This document shows, in pieces, positions 10,112 to 21,240 of a stretch of 64,000 bases of DNA (within the stretch, counting starts at the first letter, position 1; every line of letters begins with the position of its first letter). The notes under the pieces were generated by a model. That model was not told the origin of the DNA. It saw only the letters and a program-made list of their open reading frames with translations, and made no database searches. Both the position numbers and the translations under genes were made by a program. Source of the DNA: Cycas panzhihuaensis (Eukaryota > Plantae > Cycadophyta); assembly GCA_023213395.1 (NCBI GenBank), contig CM041465.1:137089741-137153740 (forward strand), read 5' to 3'.

Positions 10112-13100
10112 GTTTTTCTGATAAAATTTCTCTTTCCTGTGCGATCTAACTCTGCTGGTACTTCTTCGGTCGCTAGATATTCTGGTATTCCCTCATACCA
10201 GTCTGTTGGAACCGCTTCCACACTGAACAGAGCTGCATCTGGAAAATCATCTTGCACCCCCGTGGCTTTTTCTCCATTTTTGATTCTCGACAAGTGATCG
10301 AGAATGATATGGGCTTTGCCGGGTTTTACAATGACTTTGAAAGAAAATTCTTGAAACAACATCAACCACCTGCTGATTCGTCCTCACATAATTGGTTTAT
10401 TCACCAAATATATTAAGGCTTGGTGATCAACGAAAAACAAGACTGGATTTGATAATAAATAGTGTCAAAACTTTTGCAATGCATAGACCATGACGAGTGC
10501 TTCTCTCTCTGCCGTTGTATAATTTTGCTCAGCTCTCATAAGTTTCCGACTGGCGAAGTAGATTGGATGATCTGTTTTATCGTCACTGGGTTGTGCCAAT
10601 ACGCATCCAATAGCGTATTGCGACGCATCCACATGCACTTGAAAAGTCTTCTTCCAATCTGGGAATCACAATATAGGTGCTGCTACAATGGCTTGTTTCA
10701 ATGTTTCAAACGCTCGTTGCTGTTCTTCTGTCCATGTCCATTCAATATTCTTTTTCAACAACTCTTCCAGGGGTCCAGATATGTATGCATACCCCCTTAT
10801 AAATTTTCTATAATATCCCGTCAAACCCAGAAAACCTTTCAGCTGTTTTCTCGTAATTGGTGTCAAAAAGTGCAGAATGGTAGATACTTTTGCTGGATCT
10901 ATCAGCAATCCTTTTTTGTTGACTATATGCCCTAATAAGTTCCCAAAGGGTACCAGAAAGGTACACTTTTCTGGATTGAGACACAATTTGTTTTCTCGGC
11001 ACGTTTGCAACATTTCCCTCAAATTCTCCATATGATTTTTCATTAGTCCATACAACGTCCCAAATGCCTAAGAATCTGACTTTTCTCCAATAAACTTCCG
11101 AAAGATATTTATTACAATCCGCTGGAATGTAGCTGGTGTATTCGTGAGACCAAATGGCATTACTTTGTAGGCATATGTTCCCCATTCTGTTACGAATGTA
11201 GTTTTTGCCTGATCTTCTAGGGCAATCTGCACTTGATTGTACCCACTGAATCTATCTGTGAAGGAATAAATCTCATTTCCCCCAACTGCTTCTAAATATC
11301 CTCTGTAAAAGGTAATGGGAATGGATCCTTCTTTGTTACCTTATTTAACTGTCTATAATCCACACAGATGCGAATTTTCCCATTTTTCTTGGGAACCACT
11401 ACTACAGGGCTCACCCAATCACTGTAGTCGATCTCGTAGATATAACCCGCTTCCAACATTTTGTCGAGTTCAGCTTTTACCTTTTCTTTGTATTTCGGAT
11501 TCATTCGGTATGGTCTTTGTTTCATCGGTTTTGCATCCTCCACTAAATCAATGTGATGCATTCCTATCTCCGGAGGAATGCCTTTCAGGTCCTTATACGA
11601 CCATGCGAATACGTCACAGAATTCTTCGAATAATTGTTGGGCTTCTGCTGCTGTCTGAGGATCCCAATAGTTTCTGATTCGAATGAACTTAGGATTTTCC
11701 TGACTACCAACATTAATCTCTGTAGTTTTTAACTTTGTTACACCCACATCTTACAGATTTCGGTTTGTGTCCCGGAGCGTCTTCTAGCTTTCTTTCTCCA
11801 ACATTGAATTCTGTAAATTTTGCAGGATAGTTCATAACTTTTTCTTCTTCACTATGTGTAGACTCTACTTCTTCTTGGTCTGTTAGGTGTTGTTCTAATT
11901 TTATACTCATTACTCTAATATGTTTCAGGATTTTGTCTATTTCTTTGTTATCCGAAGTATGCCAAAAGGTTTTTATGAAGGATTTCTTCAGGTTTCCCCA
12001 AGTCACATCTAATTTTTGTTCTTTTCCTAGGAACCAGTCTTTCGCTACTCTCCCCAAGGTATGATAAAAATAGTTAGGCCAATTCTGTTTAGGTATACTT
12101 AAAGATCTCCATTTTTGTTTACATTTATGTATATGTTCCCTAGGATTGTGACCTACATAGAATACTGGAATGGTTAGTTGGGTTGGATGATCGAACCATA
12201 TTCGAAACATCTTTTGTAAATCTTGCCAATTCTTAAGAGTGGCTTGGTGGGATAGGTACCAGCACCGGGCTTTCCCTTGTAAGGTTAGTACTAAATCCTG
12301 TTGCCATCGAGTTTTATCCCAATTCCCATGTTCCATCCAATACTCGACACAATGCGTTAAATGGGTGGTCCCATACAACTGCTCCCCATAGAATGGTTTA
12401 ACATAGTTCCCAATGTAGATTTGATGATCTATTTCCTCTGGGATAATGACTCTACTATCTAGACCAGAATCGCTAGAAGTACTTACTAGCGATCCTCCTT
12501 CCATTTCCCCAGTTTTGGCGCCAATGGTTGGAAGAGATCTGTGGCTGGGTGGGTGTACCTCTAAGGAAGAGGAGGAAGGAATATTACTTCCTTCCTCAGG
12601 TTGTAATAAGGGGGGGAGGTAGGGAATCTACCTTAGGACCCACGCCTGAAGTAGATGGGATGTCAGGATTACTATTAACTACAAAAATTATTAGGTAAAC
12701 TAAAGGTTGGTTGGTCTAGGTTATTGTCATTCCTTAAACTATTGTTAGTCAGCATATATTCAAAAGAATCTGAATTATTATCAATGTCTGTAGATACACA
12801 TTTAGATAACAAATTACACCTATAAGAAGAAGAGTTTACTTCATATGCATCCTGTAGCCAGTAATCCACGAACCTCATTCCGTGTTCGTCGTCTGAAGAG
12901 TTGTATATCTCTCCGAAATATGTCGGTTCTTCTTGCTGGTGATTAGTTGATGTGGTGGGCTCTTCTGCCGTATGGTAGATATGTTCTTCCCCAATGGAAG
13001 AAAATGTCGTGTCGCTGTGGATTGTCTTTGGATCCTTCATCTGGAATCATTTCGATCGAGCTTCTTCCCAGCATTGGCAATACTACTTTGTTTCCGCTGT

Positions 13101-13889
13101 CTGATAGAGTGAGGGTTACGTTCTTCTAATTCTAAAGGCATTGCGTTTTATACAACCATGGCCTCCCCAAAAGTGCTGAATAGGGTGTTGCTCATTTTTC
13201 TGTTTCCACAATTGTGAAGTCGATTCACACCACTATCCTTGCCACATCTACTTTGATGTCGGCCAGTCTACCCATAGGTCGTACCAATAGTTCGTTAGCT
13301 AATTTTAACAAATAGGTCGCCGCTTCCAGCTTCGGGCTTCCCAATTTACGCCATGTTGAAGCTCGTAACACGTTCACTGCTGCACCTCCATCAACAATTA
13401 CCCGTGGGAATGTTTCTCCCAAGACTGTCATGGTTACCATCAGATCCATATCAAATGATGGTATGATTTGCTTCAGACTCTTGGTGATTCCACGTTGTAA
13501 CACTCCTCCTTTAATCCAATCGATAACTTGGCATAAAGGAATAGTCAACTGTAACTGCTTTATTAAATTTTCCATTAATAGCAACATTCTGGGAATATCC
13601 TCTACTGGCAATTTTTTTAAAAACTCCTCAATTTGCACCATTTGGGGCTTCACCTTAGGTTCTTTCGGTAGATTTTCTTGTTCCTTTTGTTTGTTTTTCC
13701 GTACATAGATGCATTTGGTTTCCGGTTTACCCATTGGTAATGCATTCTCCTCCCGGACTAGGCCGTCTAATACTTGTTTTGCCTTTCTGTATCGATCCAA
13801 TTCTGACGGTGGATCCGGATATCCTTCGTTTAATTTCTCTTTCTGTTTATTTTGTAGTTTGACATTTTTTGTTTCCGGTATGATTGTCA

Positions 13890-15652
13890 TTAGGTTGGCC
13901 ACTTTGGCTTTCCCTTTGCAATCTTCTGTTTTGTGGTCACTTGGGCCACAGTTACTACATACGAACGGCTTCTGTTCGTATTCCTGCTTCGTTGGGCATT
14001 TTGACTTCCAGTGCCCAAACTGTAGATAGATGACGCATCTACCCATTGGCTGTTTTTTCCTCGAGGGTTCTGGTGCGCCCCTCGTTGTATAAACATTTCA
14101 AGGTGGGTTGCCTCCCCTTCCCCTACCTCGTCATTGAAGGCTTTTCCCCTGGGATTGTAGAAACAATCCTTAGTTGTATGCATATCAATGTCGCATATAT
14201 GGCACCATCTCTCTTGTTGGTGCAATGCACTATTTTTTAAATTCAAGTCACATTCTTTGGTGGTATGTGAATTTTCTTCACAAATGTGGCACCATTTGGT
14301 TGCTCTTCCCACATGGTCCTTTTTTTTTCCTGTGTTTCTTCTTCTTCTCGGTTATTTCTAATTTTCAATCTGGCCACCTCTTTTCTTCATGCTTCCAACT
14401 CTGTTTCCTCTTCTACTACCCCTACCTGGCAGAAGGGTCGGTTGTATTGATTTTGCTTCAGTTCTCTAATCTCGTCTTGTAATCTCAGTAGCAGAGAGTC
14501 TTGTCCTCCTTTGTAAGGCCCATTTCCATTTCAAAATCTAACGCTAGATCTTGGGCATTCTTAAACGATTTCAGTGGATGAGCATGCATCATGGCTCGCA
14601 ATTTCTCATTCAACCCTCTTACAAAGTAGTTTTTCATATTGTGATATGTTATCGTCTCATTAATCATCCGCCGCAATGATTTTCATTCTCGCTAATGTAG
14701 GTTAGGACGATTCTCCTACTTTGTCTAATTTCTCTTAACGCGATTTCCACTGCTTCATTACTGCAAAACTTTTGAAATCTTTCTTCGAATGCTTTCTTAA
14801 GCTTTGCCCATGGCTCATTCTTATTTGTTTCCTTGTACCACGCCAAGGGTACTCCTCTCAACGTACAGGCGAATCGTGCTTTGATTTCATCTTCGTCTGT
14901 AATCTTTTTTACATCAATAAGACTCTGAAATAGATATACATGCTCTGCTGCGTCTAAAGTATCATTAAAAATCAGTTTCTGAAAGTCCCTATAGTCATCC
15001 ATTTTGGGAGATTGCAATTGTCCCCCACCTAGTGGTGATTTTTCCTTTCTTCCCTTCTTCGAGGATGCACTGGGAGTGCCTACCGCTATACTATCTTTCC
15101 CAAACAACAGATTCTTGAATGGAATTTTGATGTGTATAGGTTCCACTACACCTAGAACTTGTATAATCAATGGTGTCACCGTAATGTACGATTGATCAGA
15201 TCCCCTTTCTGTCGAATCTTCGAAAAGCTGTCTCGTGAGCTTATTCTCCCAATATGCCGAGGGACCTTCCTCCACCTTCTTATCGCTGTCACCTGGGTCC
15301 TTCGGGCTGTCCTCCACAGGTATACTTCCCTCTTTTAAGGTTTCTTGATGTTTTTCATCCACTTTTGGTTTCCCTTCAATCTCCAGGCTAAACAAATCAT
15401 CTCTAGTTAGTGCTGGTGTCAATACCATGCGTTCACCATGAGTTTCCTCTTCCTGAGGTGTCTGGGCTCCACTTGCTCAGATCCTTCAACGAACTGTCCC
15501 TTAGTCTTGTTGTTTTGCGAACTTAACCTTCTCGCCCTTCGGAGTTTTGATTCCTTTGACCATCTTAATGCCCTTTGTCCGCTGGTCTCCTTTTTCTTGG
15601 GTGAAGTATCCTTCTGGGGCTCCTCCGGCCTTGAAGGCCTCTTAGGTGGCAT
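13890..15652 (-). pseudogene. gag: Gypsy A gag (frameshifted) with four CCHC-type knuckles
   Basis: MPPKRPSR... start; RFACTLRGVPLAWYKE...WAKLKKAFEERF; knuckles CHICEENSHTTKEC, CHICDIDMHTTKDC, CVIYLQFGHWKSKC, CSNCGPSDHKTEDC. Confidence 0.9.
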
Positions 15653-15778
15653 TGGAAGGTCCCCTGGCTGCCGGTGGCTTAGTTACAGCCCGCCATCATG
15701 ACGACAGCCAGGGTCCTGTGCCCTTTACACATTCTTTTCTTTGAAACCCCTAAGCCCTGTCCCTCCTCAATGGACGTA

Positions 15779-15791
15779 GGAAACGGAACCA
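15779..15791 (-). promoter_or_regulatory. Primer-binding site of gypsy A, tRNA-Glu-like (TGGTTCCGTTTCC)
   Basis: 1 nt after the 5' LTR end; first 10 nt complementary to ...AACGGAACCA, the 3' end of plant tRNA-Glu as I recall it. Confidence 0.7.
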
Positions 15792-15792
15792 A

Positions 15793-16627
15793 TGTTGACT
15801 GCTGGGGGATCTTATTACACTTACAAGATACCTCTGCTACACTTGTCAAAGTTTACACAGCGCTATAGTTTAGTCCAAGATACTGTCAACATGGTCATTC
15901 ACATACATTCCACATATAATTAACAGAATTACACCACAATGGTACACAGCAGTACAGAAATCAATACATACTCAGCAATTCATCATCACAACACAGAGAA
16001 TACACCACTTTCCACGTAACTCTTCCTTTTATTAAGTAATCAAGTCAATTTATATAGAGGCTGGAATGCATTCCTGAGTATTCCAGCAGCATACATTCCT
16101 TCTGTTACATATGCATACCCAGATGGTACTTATCATACAGTGCTGCTCCAATCGGTTGTCATACGTGCTGGCTTCGGCACCTTTGCGTACCCGTGATAAT
16201 CGGCTCTCACCCTAACCTAGTGGTTAATGTGTACCTCCTTAAGTACTTATGTTGGTACCTTTTGGCTGAAAGGTTATGACTGCCTATCATAACCGTACCC
16301 CTTCACCATAATGCACTTTCACTAATAACTTGTTTAGGCACTTGATTAATTATCCTTTGTATCCGTACGTCCGTACGTACGTCTCGCAGCTCAACAGGTC
16401 TTCACTGGTCCCTTTGAGTAATGCATACCGCCCGCCCGGGCCTGTTCGCTGGTACGATCTCATACGTATACTGCCTGTGCACGCACTTTGTCATACGCAC
16501 CTGAATGTTGATTTCTCTCCGCTTTTACCTCGTGCGTCTCCGCATTTGGCCCCAGTACCTGCACAACTCAGGTTACCTGACCTACCTCTGGTCCTCTCAC
16601 AGCCATGGATCATTTTAGAATCCAACA
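15793..16627 (-). repeat. 5' LTR of gypsy A (835 bp)
   Basis: Direct repeat of 5381-6219, adjacent to the PBS. Confidence 0.96.
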
Positions 16628-16632
16628 GATGC

Positions 16633-19600
16633 CACTCATGCAATACAAATACATGGAACTATTCTTGTTGCTATGCCAAATGGGAACACTGAAAAAGTTA
16701 GATAAGTACTCTATGTACCTGGGATGACCAAAAACTTATTATCTGTTTCCCAATTGACCGACAACAAACTTCGCATCTTGTTTGATGGTGATGGATGTAT
16801 TATTTTGATAAATATAAAAGGAACAAAGTGATTCATAAAGGCATTAAAACTAATAGATTGCATAAATTTCTCACCACACCAATTCACTCTACGCTCAATG
16901 TAACACACAATGTTGATAATGATAAGCTATGGCATTTGTGCTATAGTCATTTGTCCTATGATGCTCTATCTTTGCTAAGGAAACATGATATGGTAAATGG
17001 ACTACCTTGGATTAAGAAAACTATCTCAATTTGTGATACATGCATGATGAGTAAACAACATAGATTACAATTCTCATATAGTACTACAAGGGAATCATGC
17101 AAGCTCCAGCTAATTCATAGTGATGTGCGTGGTCCATTCACACCTCCATTTGTCCAAGGTGCTTGCTACTACCTAACATTTATATAGATGACTGCATTAG
17201 GAAGATTTAGATTTATTTCTTTAAACTAAAGTCTGATGTGTTTGACACCTTTCTCAACTTCAAAGCCAAAGTTGAGAAGGAAAGTGGGCACTACATCAAA
17301 TGTTTAAAAACTGACAATGATGGAGAATTCATCTCTAATAAATTTTTACAATATTGCAGAAGGAATATAATACAAAGATAATTCACAACACCATACACTC
17401 CTTAATACAATGGAATAGCAGAGAGGAAGAATAGGACCATAACAGAAATGACATGGTCCTTTCTGAAACAAAAGGGAGTATCCAATAGGTATTAGGCTGA
17501 AGCAGCCAACATTATTATATATCTCCTTAATTGAAATCCTACCAAGGCTCTAGAAAACATGATTCTTGAAGAAGTTTGGTCAGGACATACCTGATGTTTC
17601 ACATCTTCGAATCTTTGGGTCCATTGTTTACATGCATGTTTGTAATTGAAAAGAGAAGAAAATTGGATGACAAAAGCAGAAAAGGCATTTTGGTAGGCTA
17701 TAGTGAAGTCTCCAAGGCCTATAGATGCCTAGACCCCTTGACTGATAAAATCTATCCAAGTAGAGATGTGTACTTTGATGAAACATTAGATACTACTAAG
17801 GAGGAAATAACTCCTCCTTCTATCTCATTGGATAATATAGTCATTCCCCATTGGGTATAGTCTCACCCAGAGAAGCAACCAAGAGAGCACCGTGAAACTC
17901 TGGGAGAAACCCTATAGGACACCATTTCAAGGACCTCTGGTGAATTCGTAGATCAGGAACCTAGTTCCTCCGCGTAACATCAACAATAATCTAGAACAAT
18001 CATCTACTCCACCACAAAAGAAAATACCCAAGTGGAGGAATCACAAACAAATCCATATTTAATACAAGGAGGTAGAAGAACCAAACGTCAAATGCATTAT
18101 GGGCTCACAACTCACTATGACATCTCATTTGATGATCCTTGTTGGAGCAAGGCCATGGATGAAGAAATGAAGTCAATCTTGAAAAACAAAACCTAGGATC
18201 TGACCAAACTACCACTAGACAAACCTGTTGTTCAATGTCAGTGGTTGTGCAAGGTTAAGGAGAAGGCAGATGGATGAATTAAGAAATACAAGGCTCACTT
18301 TGTAGTTAAAGGATACACTTAGACTCAAGGGATTGATTATGAAAAAAACTTTTGCTCTTGTCAGCAAAATGACAACCATTAGAACTGTGATTGCATTAGC
18401 TGCTCAAAATTGTTGGCTTATATATCAGATGGATATCAAGGGAGCTTTTCTTAATGGATATCTACAAGAGGAAGTTTACATAGAACAACCTCTTGGATAT
18501 GTATCCAAAGGATAAGAGTATCTTGTCTGCAAATTCAATAAAGCTCTTTATGGGTTAAAATAAGCTCCCAGGTCTTGGTACAACAAGATTGATTCCTATC
18601 TATGGGGTGTTGGAATGAAACGATCAGAGGCAGATTCAAGACTTTATGTTCATGTTGACAAGAATAATTAGATCACTATCCTCATAGTATATGTGGATGA
18701 TCTGGTGCTAATTGGAAATAACACTAGCTGGATTTATTTTTTGCAACTTCAGTTGTTAAAGACCTTTGAAATGACAGACTTGGGAGAAATTCATTACTAC
18801 CTAAGAATTGAGATTCATAAACAACAAGATAGAATCTTTATTCATCAAAGCAAGTATATAGCTTGAATATTGGAGGAATTTAACATGACAGATTGTAAAC
18901 CATCTCCTACACCCATGTGTATTAGAACTAAGCCAACAATTGATCTAAAAGGAAAACTAGTAAATGAGACTCTTTATAGAAAATTGGTTGAGAACCTCGT
19001 ATATCTTACTTCAACCTAACTAGATATAGTGTTTATTGTAGGGTTAATCTTGAGGTTCATGTCTGCTCCAAAAGAATCTCATTAGAAAGCAACCAAACAT
19101 ATACGGTGGTATTTGTAAGGGACAAAATCCTACAGAATCCATTATAGCAATCAATGGCTGACTTACTTAATTAGATACACTGACTCTGATTGAGTAAGAG
19201 ATATTGACATCAAAAAATTTACCACTGGATACTGTTTTGATTTAGAAAATGGAACCATATCATGGAGAACAAAGAAGCGGTCCATTGTCTTCTTATATAC
19301 ATTTCAAGTTGAATATCAAGCCATTATTCAGTCAACTTGTGAAGCAATCTAGCTCAAACGTCTCCTTGAAGAGTTGAGACTTACACAAATCTCCCTAACT
19401 CTAATAAACTTTGACAATTAGAGCACCATTCAAATGACCAAGAATTTAGTTTTTCATGCTCGCACAAAACATATTGAAGTTCATCACCACTTCATCCAGA
19501 AGAAGGCAGACAAAGGAGAAATCAAATTGATCTATTGTCCTAGCTTTGAGCAACTTGCAGACATTTTCACAAAACCTCTCTCTAAGGACAAGTTTTTATA

Positions 19601-19650
19601 CCTTAAAGACAAAATTAAAATGAAAGAAAATGATCAGACATTAATAGGGG
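16633..19650 (+). pseudogene. pol: Copia B pol (GAG-pre-integrase, integrase, RT, RNase H)
   Basis: LWHLCYSHL...CDTCMMSKQHR...LIHSDVRGP; YQMDIKGAFLNG; IVYVDDL (~18685-18705); FHARTKHIEVHHHFI...QLADIFTKPL. Confidence 0.95.
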
Positions 19651-19821
19651 ATGTTAGAATATAATGTTTAATCTTTTGTATATTAATGTATTATGACTAA
19701 TGACTTAACTATAACATTTAATGTAAGCCATGTAACATAGATGTAACTTATTATGTTAGTCATGCCTCTAACCCTAACATGTTATTATAGGATTCATGTA
19801 TAAATATGTACTTTTACCTCT

Positions 19822-21047
19822 CATTTTTAAATGATTTCAACGGATGGGCATGCATCATAGCTCTCAGTTTTTCATTCAATCCTCTCACAAAATAGTTCTT
19901 CGTGTTGTGGTCAGTTACCGTTTCGTTAATCATACTGGTCGCGATGATTTTCATTCTGTTGATATAAGTTAGCACTGATTCTCCCAGCCTTTGTTTAATT
20001 TCCCTCAAGGCGATTTCCACTGTTTCGTTACTACGGAACTTTTGAAATCTTTCTTCGAAGGATTTCTTGATCTTTGCCCATGAATCATTCTTGTTTATTT
20101 CTTTGTACCATGCCAATGGTACTCCCTCGAAAGCGAATCTGGCTTTTATCTCATCCTCGTCTGTAATCTTTTTCATATCAATCAGATTCTGAAAGAGGTA
20201 TACGCGTTCTGCTACATCTGAAGTGTCATTGAAAATCAACTTTCCAAAGTCTTTGTAATCATCCATCTTGGGGGATTGCAACGGTGTCCCACCTGGTGGT
20301 GATTCTTCCCTTCTCTCCTCCTTCGGGGATGCACTTGGAGTGCCTACTGCTGTATTATCCTTCCCAAATAACGGATTCTTAAATGGAGTTTTGATATGTA
20401 TACGTTCTACTACACTTGGCACTTGTATAGTTAGCGGTGTCACTGTAATATATGATTGATCAGATCCCTTTTCTGATGAATCCTCAAAAAGCTGTCTTGT
20501 GAGCTTATTTTCCCAATATGCCGAGGGACCTTCCTCCGCCTTCTTCTCGCTGTCACTTGGGTCCTTCGGACTGTCCTCCACAGGTATACTTCCCTCTTTT
20601 AAAGTTTGTTTATGTTCCTCATTCACCCTTGATTTTTCTTCATATTCTGGGCTAAACAAATCATCTTTGATTGGGGCTGGTGTTAATACCATACGTTCGC
20701 CATTAGTTCCCTCTTCTTATTCTTGAGGTGTCTGGGCTCCACTTGCCTCAGATCCTTCAACGGACTGTCCCTTAGTCTCGTTGTTCTGCGAACTTAATCT
20801 CCTCGCCCTTCTCAGTTTTGATTCCTTCGACCATCTTAATGCCCTTTGTCTGTTGGTTTCCTTCCCTTTGGGTGAAGTATCCTTTTGTGGCTCTTCTGAC
20901 CTTGAAGGCCTCTTAGGTGGCATTGGAAGGTCCCCTAGCTGTCGGTGGCTTAGTTACAGCCTTCCATCACGATGGCAGCCAGGGTCCTCTGCCCTTTACA
21001 CATTCATTTCCTTGAAACTCTTGGGCCCTGTCCCTCCTTAATGGACG
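19822..21047 (-). mobile_element. gag: LTR-less leader+gag fragment of a second gypsy A-family copy
   Basis: Clearly homologous to ~14556-15776 (MPPKRPSR..., MVLTPA...); starts just downstream of where the PBS would lie; joined to the copia B LTR at CATT. Confidence 0.93.
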
Positions 21048-21144
21048 AAAGCCACCATAAAAATGAATCATAATATGAATATTCACCTCATTGGCGTATT
21101 ATTATTTTACATAGGCATTTGACATGTCCTCAAGAGTGAAACAA

Positions 21145-21240
21145 ATGGGAAGTCAGAAGGTCGAATCGGGGCATAAGGATGTGGTACACGATGTAGCGAT
21201 TGATTACTACAACAAGCACCTAATGCCCCTGCTCTACTGA
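21145..21240 (+). pseudogene. SEC13: 5' fragment of SEC13 (COPII/nucleoporin WD40 protein)
   Basis: MGSQKVESGHKDVVHDVAIDYYNKHL matches the plant SEC13 N-terminus (MPGQKIETGHEDIVHDVQMDYYGKRI, from memory); preceded by an acceptor-like TTATTTTACATAG (~21102-21114); similarity lost after ~26-30 codons. Confidence 0.85.

Larger units (their letters stand above)
8230..13440 (-). pseudogene. pol: Gypsy A pol (PR ~13130-13440, RT ~10960-11540, RNase H ~10340-10660, integrase ~8270-9120)
   Basis: IVDGGAAVN; WVSPVVVVPKKNGKIRICVDYRQLNKVTKKDPFPLP; LKGFLGLTGYYRKFI; ATDYTTKWVE...SDQGAHF...YYPRANGQAESSN; several frameshifts. Confidence 0.95.
5381..16627 (-). mobile_element. Full-length Ty3/gypsy A (non-chromovirus, Athila/Tat-side-like), 11.2 kb
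   Basis: LTRs 5381-6219 and 15793-16627 (TGTTG...CAACA), TSD GATGT/GATGC, PBS 15779-15791, gag-PR-RT-RH-INT on the minus strand plus an extra 3' ORF. Confidence 0.96.
2950..19825 (+). mobile_element. Ty1/copia B, degenerate; interrupted by gypsy A; 3' LTR truncated
   Basis: Matching LTRs at 2950-3187 and 19652-19825, degenerate PBS 3188-3200, PPT AATAGGGGA 19643-19651, copia order gag-PR-INT-RT-RH. Confidence 0.92.
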
